Below, piece by piece: positions 30,001 through 38,517 of a stretch of 64,000 nucleotides of DNA. The position numbers and the translations under genes were made by a program. The DNA is from an uncultured Syntrophobacteraceae bacterium (GTDB lineage: Bacteria > Desulfobacterota > Syntrophobacteria > Syntrophobacterales > Syntrophobacteraceae). The notes beneath the pieces are model-generated. The model saw only the letters and a list, made by a program, of their open reading frames with translations. It ran no database searches and was not told where the DNA came from. Position 1 is the first letter of the stretch, and each line of letters begins with the position of its first letter. The stretch spans positions 5,088 to 69,087 of the forward strand of contig CAZOEL010000018.1 in the NCBI GenBank assembly GCA_964578835.1. The letters are read 5' to 3'.

Positions 30001-32622
30001 CGAACTTTCCGCTCCCTGCAAAGTGATTAGAACGCCCGGTTCCGGAAGGAGTGTCCCGGCATTTGTCAGAGTCCCAATAACCTCAGCAACGGCATTCGCA
30101 TCAAATAGAGCAAAGTCCAGCACATACGTTTGACGGGCGCTCACAGCCATGATGGTGGTCTGGGTGTGATAGCCCCCGTGTGAGACTGCGATCTGTGCGG
30201 AACCCAAAGGAATGTTGCTCAAAAGATAAGTCCCGTCATCAAGCGTTTGCACTGCAGAAGTCCCGGCGGCATGAGCAACAGAAATTGCGGCTCCCGCAAG
30301 GGGAAGACCCGTTATAGCATCGGTTATGACTCCCTTTAGGCTTGCGGCGCTTCGAAGAGAAAAATCCAGAGAATATGTCTGTGCGCTCGGCATACTGATC
30401 TGCTGATTTGCCGAGAGGCCCCCATAAGAGGCGCCCGCCTGCGCTTCACCCGGCACAATCTCTGAGATCGTATAAGATCCGTCGGCCCCGGTCAAAACGG
30501 ACTGGGTCCTGCTGGAATCCGTCACTATAACCGTGGCTCCTGCAACCAACTGACCGGTCTCCTCGATTGTCACCTTCCCCGTCAAGACAGCCCCTGTAAG
30601 GATTTTTACCAGAGGCGCATTCACGACAAGCGTCTCTCCTTGTCCTATGCTGGCCGTCGAAGAAAGGGGGTGGTATGCATCTTTAAGAAAGGCGATGGTT
30701 ATAGGGCCGGGAGAAACGTCCTCAATCCTGAACTCTCCCGATAGCCCGGTTTGGACACTTTGAGTCTTGTATGCGTCGTTTACTGTGACCGTCGCCCCGG
30801 CAATGGGCTCAGAGGATGAAGAGTCTGTGACGACGCCAGTGACAATAGCGGTAGGAATGATGATCGTAACCGTGACATGCGCCGTCGCCGCGCCCCCAGG
30901 CCCGGTCGCCGTGATGGTGTAGTCTGTCGTCTGAGTAGGTGAGACACTCAAAATGCCAGTTGTGCTTACGGCGCCGATCCCGGGTTGAATTACGCACGAC
31001 GTTGCATCCGTTGAGGTCCACGATAAAGAGGAGAATTCCCCGGATGCGATGCTTGCCGGACTAGCAGTGATGCTAACGGTTGGCGCGGGATGCGTCACCA
31101 TGATTGTTATGCTTGAGAAGACCGTTCCTCCGGGTCCTGAAGCCTCGATAGTATATGTGGTAGTCTCCGTAGGCGAGACCGAGAGGAATCCATTGGGGGC
31201 CACGCTGCCGATGCCCTGATCGAAGCTCACGCTGCTCGCATCACTCGATGTCCATATGAGCGTGGCTGACTGCCCGGCCATGATCGTTTGCGGGTTTGCA
31301 AATAAGGAGACAGAGGGATCCGGATGGATTACCACTACGGTCGCTTTGGCTGTAGCCGTTCCACCATCTCCCGTTGCCGTAATCGTATAGGTCGTGTTCT
31401 GAGGTGGCGAAATCGAGATCGATCCATTGCAGTCAACAACGCCAATACCTTGATCAATGCTGCACGAATCCGCATTGGTGGAATTCCAGGAGAGCGTACA
31501 TGCGGCTCCCGGCATGATCGATGTTGGGTCTGCACTCATGGCAACCGTCGGAGGAAGTCCTTGAACATGGATAAGGACTTCGGCTGGAACACTGAATGAT
31601 TCGCTGTCATTTACGAATAGCTGAATAAAGTAGTTTCCTGGAAGATCCGGCACAAAAGTTGACGTCGCAGAATGCGCGTCCGAAAAGAAAACATTGCTTC
31701 CAGCCGGACTATCATAGAAATACCATAGGTAATGAAGGGTGTCCCCATCCGGGTCGCTCGATCCGCTGCCATCAAGATTCACGGTTTCACCAACCATTGC
31801 AGATTGTATGAATTCTCCAGAAATTCGAGCCGTAGGAGGCAGTCCGGCAACGTCGACAGTGAACTCCTGGGTCGCCTTCCCTCCTGCCCCGTCAGATACT
31901 TCCACCTTGACGGGAAAAACCCCTCGACCTAGGGGCGTCCAGGTAATTGTCCCGCTTGCAGCATCGATCGCCATTCCGTCAGGCGCTGCCGCAAGACTGT
32001 AGCTCAGAGTGTTCAAATTGGGGTCCGTCGCCCGCACCTGATAACTATAGAAGGATGTGGCCATGCCATCAGCCACAGGCTCAGAATAGATCACTGGATT
32101 ATAGTTTTGGACAATTCTTGTCGTCAGAGGCGTATGGGCGCTTACAACCTCTGAATAATAGGTCTTGTCCGGGAAAACGGTATCGATCCTATAAAGATAT
32201 GTGATCTCATTTGAAACCGTGTAATCTATGTAGACCGAATAAGTTGAGGTGGTTTCAGCGATTTTTTGAAAAGAAAAGGGGGACGATTCCGTTGCCCTGA
32301 GAACGTCGTAACGCACCATGCCGACTTGGTTGGTCCATTGAAGCTGCATCTTGCCCGGTTTGCCTCTTGCAGAGAGGCCAAGCAAGAGCTCCTCCGGTTC
32401 AATAGCCACGAAAGCCGAGCATTCTTTTACGGTACCCGGAATATCCACCGCACGCCCGACCATCTGCCGAAGCTTCCCATCATTCCATTTATGCGCCTGG
32501 GTGAATTCCGGGAGAGGAGAAGTCTGCAGCAACATGAAGAAAACCATAAACTTCAGAATCCTACTGAGGAAAGGATTCAAAATACCTTTCTGTATACCTA
32601 CGACCGGATGCTTTCTTAACAT
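27028..32622 (-). CDS. Giant (1864 aa) secreted multi-domain protein with C-terminal alpha/beta-hydrolase (lipase/esterase-like) domain
   Basis: AGGAG RBS before ATG 32622 and a hydrophobic N-terminus. Domains in order: an FN3-like segment; a cadherin-like/putative-Ig segment (SYSLAAAPDGMAIDAASGTITWTP); a PKD-like segment (VNLDGSGSSDPDGDTLHY); 3 Ig-like modules; 7 CarboxypepD_reg-like modules. The C-terminal hydrolase has LLVIHGW and GFSMGG (28024..28041). Confidence 0.9.
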   Translation of the reverse strand: MLRKHPVVGIQKGILNPFLSRILKFMVFFMLLQTSPLPEFTQAHKWNDGKLRQMVGRAVDIPGTVKECSAFVAIEPEELLLGLSARGKPGKMQLQWTNQVGMVRYDVLRATESSPFSFQKIAETTSTYSVYIDYTVSNEITYLYRIDTVFPDKTYYSEVVSAHTPLTTRIVQNYNPVIYSEPVADGMATSFYSYQVRATDPNLNTLSYSLAAAPDGMAIDAASGTITWTPLGRGVFPVKVEVSDGAGGKATQEFTVDVAGLPPTARISGEFIQSAMVGETVNLDGSGSSDPDGDTLHYLWYFYDSPAGSNVFFSDAHSATSTFVPDLPGNYFIQLFVNDSESFSVPAEVLIHVQGLPPTVAMSADPTSIMPGAACTLSWNSTNADSCSIDQGIGVVDCNGSISISPPQNTTYTITATGDGGTATAKATVVVIHPDPSVSLFANPQTIMAGQSATLIWTSSDASSVSFDQGIGSVAPNGFLSVSPTETTTYTIEASGPGGTVFSSITIMVTHPAPTVSITASPASIASGEFSSLSWTSTDATSCVIQPGIGAVSTTGILSVSPTQTTDYTITATGPGGAATAHVTVTIIIPTAIVTGVVTDSSSSEPIAGATVTVNDAYKTQSVQTGLSGEFRIEDVSPGPITIAFLKDAYHPLSSTASIGQGETLVVNAPLVKILTGAVLTGKVTIEETGQLVAGATVIVTDSSRTQSVLTGADGSYTISEIVPGEAQAGASYGGLSANQQISMPSAQTYSLDFSLRSAASLKGVITDAITGLPLAGAAISVAHAAGTSAVQTLDDGTYLLSNIPLGSAQIAVSHGGYHTQTTIMAVSARQTYVLDFALFDANAVAEVIGTLTNAGTLLPEPGVLITLQGAESSDETDSNGGFALVDVPFGPQTFRLVKDGFIDATISVTVDRTPFVLDIVEPVITGVANPEEIGTEVAGFVLDAMSGLPLNGAVVKVSGSDIQTVADADGKYVLSGLPLGSIQLIAMALDHEAVSIYPTVVVDGDSNGGDFALPPLTIGLVTGTVTDAATGLPIRHANIEVAGDGLLVASTEADGTYNLVSVPVGTYSIVINHSEYLSQSVANVVVADMSSTTLNFTLTRRPETGSIQGTVTDDQTEAAVSGALLTALETGATATTDQSGHYSLSGLPAGLVSISIDAPGYPATTRTVLVFADEDGTTATVTTADFALDLTDPTPPESVSGLILTAQGGSIESPDGRFTLVIPPGGLSGDAVVTLMPPSDGPTISPGDDLDLDPGLGVSGIKAIGRITEVVLEPAVQGEEIPTLSGWVLILSRYSESRADTVGIDEASVFPYYFDGTRWTAMRIKPYEIFVDTINNLSAAVVDFSTTQTGSPVIARLGARKPVLLASQGHVPNFSFARKFFFVPAGRLKNVILPPANVKVMDKDELDAVTTNSILHPLKAPNPNALPLLVIHGWDPKTILMNDGGGDPNDQGGRYYYILRDLALHSNGVYRPVFVSSNSRADMMDIGGNLAMQLRDKFMQEPCKFKGLPADPQNPGSGYFPYVNTFGFSMGGLISRAYQASAKNVKDMVIAGTPNHGTFGLLYFLENFNLLPKVLPLSGNLPFSLLLQILRSPGTADLLAYDDKQPCLISENPQLCRLNKNGYSVPNGQMTLIAGTDGAPWFGEPNDKVVPVSSVFCYKSGSSDGSKSLFDAAKVRDRLTYDFDHFNFGSMTYRIKDNEKLRTEIFKGLSDWTVSTSEKSPYAPYTRNETLLWPNTHEPRHAEYSVRVEYNCYARDFDRVVLVVYAMDGLGHWRIVEGNDNGAFPDGTVNPDKVKKVNGNSSDRDTQDPGLYLTATCDFPMPIGGCPDTYASEITARVIMLKPGANEVPLRPEEANFAVPKPE
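29053..30846 (-). repeat. Seven tandem ~80-aa carboxypeptidase-regulatory-like modules inside the giant CDS
   Basis: The pattern G.V.D..TG.P(L/I)AGA.V.V....T..T..DG.Y.L..(V/I)P.G recurs seven times between about aa 593 and 1190. Confidence 0.75.
30862..31551 (-). repeat. Three tandem ~76-aa Ig-like modules inside the giant CDS
   Basis: Recurring P(T/S)V(S/A)..A.P.SI..G....L.W.S.(D/N)A.S..(I/F)(D/Q).GIG.V...G...VSP...T.YTI.A.G.GG. Three copies lie between aa 358 and 587. Confidence 0.8.
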
Positions 32623-32767
32623 TATGCGCTCCTAACTCGACTTAGGTGGAAATTCTCGCCATAGTCCGGACCCAAAAGGCTCTTAAGAGAAGAGCATCCT
32701 GAACCCGTTTCTAAAATTCCCAGATGGATTTGTTCTTTCTTCTGATACGGTTACGGTCGGAGATAAT

Positions 32768-33478
32768 TCAAAACCTGCAAAAGACTATTATCTGCTTTAA
32801 CGCCAGGCAGGCCAAACCCGCACACAGTAAAACAATAGTTGACGGCTCGGGAACGGGTGTCGGGACAATGTCCAGCGCCTCCAAGAAGCAAACCTGCGAA
32901 AAGGGAACTGAAGGAAAAGAATCTGGATCACTTTGTGTAAGATAAAACGGAGCAGATGGAAGCATTGTGTCGCTAAGAATAAACGTGATGACAGCAGTCT
33001 GTCCCTGGCTCAGAACGAAGTCCCATCCCAAAGCCATGGATACATCATCCGCCTCACTGTTTTCGTTATTGTTATTAAGGATGTTATTCAAGAAATTGTT
33101 GTATACCGTTCCATGAGTATATCCTGGTTCGCCGATCTGCCAAGATTGGCCTGGAGCAAGGGAACCGGCGGGCGATCCAATTTCATTGACAAAGCCATTC
33201 ACATCTTGATCTATCTCATGGTCGAAGAAAGATAAAACATGGTGGGAACCAGGAGAGCTGATGGTTATGGCAATTATGCCAAGACCCGCATTCCAGTCGA
33301 AGCCCGATGTATCAATGCTTGTTGGCAATTGCCCGGATAGGGGAGCCTGAAAGGCGTTATATACGCTTCCATCGACATTAAAACCCCACTCGAGAAGGCT
33401 GATGGCAGCAGCTGAAGCTCTTGAAATCCAAAATGCCATTAGCGACAAAGCCAACAATACTCCAGCAAAGATCTTCAT
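32768..33478 (-). CDS. PEP-CTERM sorting-domain protein
   Basis: 236 aa with a strong RBS (GAAGGAGG) and a signal peptide (…WISRASA/AA). The C-terminus is VPEPSTIVLLCAGLACLALKQIIVFCRF: a PEP motif, a TM helix and a basic tail. Confidence 0.82.
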   Translation of the reverse strand: MKIFAGVLLALSLMAFWISRASAAAISLLEWGFNVDGSVYNAFQAPLSGQLPTSIDTSGFDWNAGLGIIAITISSPGSHHVLSFFDHEIDQDVNGFVNEIGSPAGSLAPGQSWQIGEPGYTHGTVYNNFLNNILNNNNENSEADDVSMALGWDFVLSQGQTAVITFILSDTMLPSAPFYLTQSDPDSFPSVPFSQVCFLEALDIVPTPVPEPSTIVLLCAGLACLALKQIIVFCRF

Positions 33479-33633
33479 TCTGTTCCCCTCCTTCTGTCCG
33501 TACGAGTTTATGTGACAGCAATACAGTTACCCCACGTTGGGAAATATCCACACCTTATCGTCCCATGCTCACTAAAAGATTGGCTTTTGCCAAATTAGCA
33601 CCTCACTCAGCATCTCCAAATTGCCTTCGATGC

Positions 33634-33659
33634 TAATTGCCTGCCGATACAGGCAATTA
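33634..33659. promoter_or_regulatory. Perfect 10-6-10 palindrome TAATTGCCTG-N6-CAGGCAATTA upstream of the PEP-CTERM operon
   Basis: Read directly. A third AATTGCC half-site lies at 33619..33625. The palindrome is about 155-180 nt upstream of ATG 33478. Confidence 0.3.
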
Positions 33660-34669
33660 CGTCCCATGCTTCAGGGCCAACGATTTCACTGGTATTTTGA
33701 AAAGCTTGATCCGGTGAGTAGCCATGGTTGAAGGCTCATAATGTAGCAGCAGGTTTCCGGTCGCTCCTAGAGTGCTGAACCACTCATGTCAGCAAAACCC
33801 AACCTGACAATGCTGTACGGTGCGCAAGATCTGATATTTTTCAGTCAAGAGCAATTCTTTGACACTAGCATTCTTGCTTTCCGATGCAAAAAGGTCGGAC
33901 CTCGAACTGCTATTTCCCTTCTTAAAAAACCCGAGATCGATGGTCAGGACCGATATAGGCGCAGGTGGCAAGCGATAATATCGGCTTCCCAAAAAAATGA
34001 GTCAGTGAAAGACTTCATGCACTGGCTTCCAGGAACTCGCATGCAACGCATAGGGATTAGAATGCAGAACATTTGTGTGATTGCAAGGTAATGCAAGATA
34101 TGGGCCTACATATTCAATAACATCCAGAGAAGGGACTTCCTTATTTATTCTAATAGCTTAAGATCCATCTAGAATGCGATCATCCTCTTTTCTCTATGCC
34201 TATTCCAATACAATTTGTAAATATCTCCGACACTGAGCTAACATTCTTGATCTTAGACACTGTCCAAGTAACCATTTAGGCATAAGTTTATGGGTTGTAA
34301 AGAAATTCGACACATCATAGGTGTGGCTTCACATGTGAGTGGTAAAGTAAACCTGACGTCGGTTGGAATTCGCGCTTCCTACGGCAGTATAGCCCTTGGC
34401 TCGTGTTCTATCGGCGATGCGCTCCCCTAATATTGAAGTCTAAGAAACCGATTGCCAAGCCAATGGCGATAGCGAAAAAACAACCGAGTATGCCCACAAT
34501 TCGAACCGCTGTTCGCCGATGAAGAGTGAAGTGCTTAGAGCTATGACGTAAAAGAGAATCGTCTCCGGCTGGAGGGGATCATGGCAAGATATTGAATATT
34601 CAGCCACATCGGAATGGAGGATCGATGAAGCGAGGATGAGCAATGTCAGGGATTCTAAAAGGAAGCCCG

Positions 34670-35869
34670 CTACGCGTAAGAGGTGATGACTTCCGAGGGA
34701 CGTCTCCTTTCGTATCGCGACAGGAGCCGGGTAAAAAGCCGCACCCCGACATCGAGCGCCCTTTCATCGAAATCGAAGAAAGGGGAATGTAGACCGTATT
34801 GGAATCCCTTTTCAGGATCATGGCAGCCCAGGCGAATCATCACTCCGGGGCATTTTTGTAGGAAATAGGCAAAGTCTTCCGCTCCCATTCTGGGAGAGCC
34901 CTCATGAACGCAATCTTTTCCCAGCAATTCTCCAGCGCATTCCCGCACATAGTCGACAAGCGCCAGGTCATTTTCAAGGAGCGGGTATCCGGGCGTGATC
35001 TTTAGCTCGGCTCTGACCTGATGGGCTTTCTCTAGCCCATTCAGCAGATCATCGATCCGGCTCAAGATTTTATCCCGCACGGCGGGCTTGAGAGTGCGGA
35101 CCGTACCGTGCAGAATCGCTTCGTGGGGAATGATGTTGGAGGCCGTTCCGGCATGGAAGCGGCCGATGGTGACAACGGCGCTTTCGGTGGGCGAGATGCT
35201 GCGGCTTACAATGGTCTGCAGCTGCGTAACGAGATATGCCCCGGCTACGAGTGGATCCGTGCAGAGGTGAGGATGAGCGCCATGGCCGCCATCGCCGGTC
35301 AGACGGATTCTGATGCTGTCGGAAGCGGCATGACACACGCCGCGGGCGATGCCGATGCGCCCGGCCGGAAGCTCGGGATGCATGTGAGCGGCAAAAATCG
35401 CTTCAATGGGCTCTCTATCGAATATGCCCGTTTCGATCATGGCCTGAGCGCCGGCCCCGCCTTCCTCGGCAGGCTGAAAAAAGAACAGGATCTTGCCCCG
35501 CCCCGTTTCCGGCCATTTTTCCTCGAGGAGGGAGCGAGCCGTTCCGAGCGCCATGGCCACGTGGCCGTCATGGCCGCAGGCATGCATGATTCCGGGATGC
35601 GTGGACTTATACGGAACATCGTTCTGCTCCGTCAGGGGCAGCGCATCCATATCCGCCCTCATGGCGACGACAGGCCCCGGACGTTTTGCCGAAAGAGACG
35701 CGACCACGCCGGTCTTCCCGACTCCTGTCTCAAAGGGAATTCCGAGATCTTTCAGCACTTCGGCAATCTTTGAGGCCGTTTTTTCTTCCCGGTATGAAAG
35801 CTCGGGAATCTGGTGGAAGCAGCGCCGCAGTTGGATAAGCCATTCATTAAAGGAGAGCATGACGAGCAC
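34670..35869 (-). CDS. M20-family amidohydrolase (N-acyl-L-amino-acid amidohydrolase/hippurate-hydrolase type)
   Basis: 399 aa with FHQIPELSYRE, MHACGHDGH and FQPAEEGGAGA motifs of the M20D subfamily. Confidence 0.9.
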   Translation of the reverse strand: MLVMLSFNEWLIQLRRCFHQIPELSYREEKTASKIAEVLKDLGIPFETGVGKTGVVASLSAKRPGPVVAMRADMDALPLTEQNDVPYKSTHPGIMHACGHDGHVAMALGTARSLLEEKWPETGRGKILFFFQPAEEGGAGAQAMIETGIFDREPIEAIFAAHMHPELPAGRIGIARGVCHAASDSIRIRLTGDGGHGAHPHLCTDPLVAGAYLVTQLQTIVSRSISPTESAVVTIGRFHAGTASNIIPHEAILHGTVRTLKPAVRDKILSRIDDLLNGLEKAHQVRAELKITPGYPLLENDLALVDYVRECAGELLGKDCVHEGSPRMGAEDFAYFLQKCPGVMIRLGCHDPEKGFQYGLHSPFFDFDERALDVGVRLFTRLLSRYERRRPSEVITSYA

Positions 35870-35991
35870 TCGGATGATGGTTAGTTACAGCCCCAAAGAG
35901 CGGCCGGGCGAATTCTCGCTCCCCAGGACGCTCTTTGGAGCCTTTTGCAGGTCAGACGATCAGGGCCGCGGAAGAAATCCGCTGGCGTTTC

Positions 35992-37545
35992 TTATACCGG
36001 TATATTGCCGTGCTTTTTCGGCGGCAGCGCAATACGCTTGTTGGCCAACATTTCGAACGCTTCTATGAGCCTTGGCCTTGTTTCAGAGGGAACGATCACA
36101 GCATCGATGTAGGCCCTCGACGCAGCAATATAGGGGTTGCAGAGGAGGTTGTGATACTCTTCGATCTTTTCCTTGCGCTTGGCGGCGGGATCAGCCGCCT
36201 CCTTGATATCCTTCCTGAAGATGATGTTGGCCGCTCCATCGGCGCCCATGACTGCAATTTCGGCAGTTGGCCATGCAAGAGCGATATCCGATCCGAGGTC
36301 CTTGGAGCACATGGCGAGATAAGAGCCGCCATAGGCCTTTCGAACGATCAATGTCACCTTGGGAACAGTCGCTTCGGAGTAGCACCAGAGAAGCTTCGCG
36401 CCATGACGGATAATTCCGCCCCACTCCTGCTTTTTGCCAGGCAGATACCCGGGGACGTCGGCTATGGTGAGCAGAGGAATATTGAAAGCGTCACAGAATC
36501 GAATGAAGCGGGTGGCTTTATCGGAAGCATCGATATTGAGGCAGCCTGCAATAATTTTTGGCTGATTGGCGATAATGCCTATGGATCGTCCCTTCAAGCG
36601 GGCAAAGCCTACGATTATGTTCTGAGCGTAGTATTCATGAACCTCGTAGAAGGTTCCTTTATCCACAACCGCGCGGATGAGATCTTTCATATCGTAGCCA
36701 CGCATGGGATTTTCGGGAATGAGGGAATCCAGGGCTGGTTCAATTCGTCCAGGGTCGTCCGTTGTGCGCGCAAGAGGAGGATCGTCCATGTTATTATCGG
36801 GAAGGAAGCTCAAGAGAAGTTTTATCCGGTCGATAGCGTCTGCGTCGTTCTCGCACGCAAAATGAGCCACACCGCTCGTGGAGTTGTGAGTCATAGCGCC
36901 TCCCAACTCCTCCTGGGTGATTACCTCGCCTAAAACAGACTTGATCACATCGGGACCGGTAATGAACATGTAGCTGGTGTTTTTGACCATGAAGACGAAA
37001 TCGGTCATGGCGGGCGAATAAACCGCTCCACCCGCGCAAGGCCCCATGATGGCCGATATCTGTGGAATAACGCCGGAGGAGACGGCGTTTCGATAGAATA
37101 TCTGTCCATAGCCGGAAAGAGAATCCACCCCTTCTTGGATGCGAGCGCCGCCCGAGTCGTTGAATCCGATCAAAGGTTTTCCCGCCTTCAGGGCCAAGTC
37201 CATGACCTTGCAGATCTTCTTCGAATGCATCTCGCCAAGCGTTCCGGCTCTCGCCGTGAAGTCCTGCGAGAAAGCAAAAACCTGCCTCCCGTTCACGAGG
37301 CCGTAGCCGGTTATGACTCCATCAGCCGGGATGTCCACCTTGTCGATGCCGAACAATGTCCCACGATGCTTCACGAAGATGTCCAGCTCACGAAAACTGC
37401 CGGGATCGAAGAAATACTCGATCCTTTCGCGAGCAGTCATTTTGCCTCTTTCATGCTGCTGAGCTACAGCTTTTTCTCCCCCCATTTTTTTGATCTCCGC
37501 CTCACGCTCGCGGAGCTCTTTGATCTTATCCTCAACAGTTCCCAT
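35992..37545 (-). CDS. Acyl-CoA carboxyltransferase (methylmalonyl-CoA carboxyltransferase 12S / propionyl-CoA carboxylase beta type)
   Basis: 517 aa with two crotonase-like carboxyltransferase halves (FTARAGTLGEMHSKK, GPCAGGAVYSPAMTDF, GIIRHGAKLL). Confidence 0.92.
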   Translation of the reverse strand: MGTVEDKIKELREREAEIKKMGGEKAVAQQHERGKMTARERIEYFFDPGSFRELDIFVKHRGTLFGIDKVDIPADGVITGYGLVNGRQVFAFSQDFTARAGTLGEMHSKKICKVMDLALKAGKPLIGFNDSGGARIQEGVDSLSGYGQIFYRNAVSSGVIPQISAIMGPCAGGAVYSPAMTDFVFMVKNTSYMFITGPDVIKSVLGEVITQEELGGAMTHNSTSGVAHFACENDADAIDRIKLLLSFLPDNNMDDPPLARTTDDPGRIEPALDSLIPENPMRGYDMKDLIRAVVDKGTFYEVHEYYAQNIIVGFARLKGRSIGIIANQPKIIAGCLNIDASDKATRFIRFCDAFNIPLLTIADVPGYLPGKKQEWGGIIRHGAKLLWCYSEATVPKVTLIVRKAYGGSYLAMCSKDLGSDIALAWPTAEIAVMGADGAANIIFRKDIKEAADPAAKRKEKIEEYHNLLCNPYIAASRAYIDAVIVPSETRPRLIEAFEMLANKRIALPPKKHGNIPV

Positions 37546-37705
37546 ATACGCTTCTCCTCCCTGGTTTTTGGACGTTACGATTCTTCCCCGGCCTTGCTCA
37601 CGCTATATAAAAAGTATATGCGGCCATTCTAATGGCTCCAGGAGGCTTGTCAAGCGCTTTCCCAGCTCGCCCCGGTTAGCGGAATAACGAAATATCATAG
37701 CTTTT

Positions 37706-38248
37706 CTATGGGCCTACAGCCGAGCGTCCCAGATCGATGAGCACCTGCTCGGCTCCCGGAGAGGACATTCTGCTTTGCACCAGCTTTGTTGCCCGTTTGA
37801 TGTCGGCCTCTAGTTGAGGACTCGCAAGCGATTCAATCTCTCCAAACAGGAGCATCGCTCTCGAGAAGGCGTCCTTCTCGATATGAAGCTTTCCGCCCTC
37901 CTTGTTCAGATTGCGAAAAGCGGGCAGAATATCATAGACTACTTCGAAGGCCTCCCAAACCAGCTCGGGATTATCCACGAAAAGCCTGTTGATCTCTGCG
38001 GAATTGCGATCGTAGAGCATATTGAATTCCCCGGCGATCTCGGGATCGACCTGTAGGTCGCTCAGCATGCCGCCAACAGCATCGAAAAGCAGATTCGTCC
38101 CTCCGCCGCTCTTCGTCGTCGCAGTTTCGATAGAGATTCGAGGCTGAAAGGACGCATGCTCCTTCCCGGAACACGCCGCGGGGATGGAAAAGAACACGAC
38201 AACCGCGGGAATCATAAAGAAAACGGAACAGATCGGCATTCTCTTCAT
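37706..38248 (-). CDS. Secreted hypothetical protein
   Basis: 180 aa with a signal peptide (MKRMPICSVFFMIPAVVVFFSIPAACSG). No motif was recognised. Confidence 0.5.
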   Translation of the reverse strand: MKRMPICSVFFMIPAVVVFFSIPAACSGKEHASFQPRISIETATTKSGGGTNLLFDAVGGMLSDLQVDPEIAGEFNMLYDRNSAEINRLFVDNPELVWEAFEVVYDILPAFRNLNKEGGKLHIEKDAFSRAMLLFGEIESLASPQLEADIKRATKLVQSRMSSPGAEQVLIDLGRSAVGP

Positions 38249-38517
38249 GGTCGCTTCTCCTTCATTTCAAAAACATAATACTATAGAAGCTCGTCTTTCG
38301 ACGGCCTTCATTCCGGCAAAGAGGCCGAATCCAAAGTTGGGCAGTATATCTGGAAAGAGTTAAAATATTAAAGTGGAATCGTGAAAACGACTGGCGCAGA
38401 GTCTAAAAACTTCACTTTCCAGAATGGTTTTGCTATTTTCCCCAGCGTTGAGACTGTCAGAGACTGCAAACACGCACGGTGGAAATATCATCCTTCCACC
38501 GAGTGGACAAGGACCGG

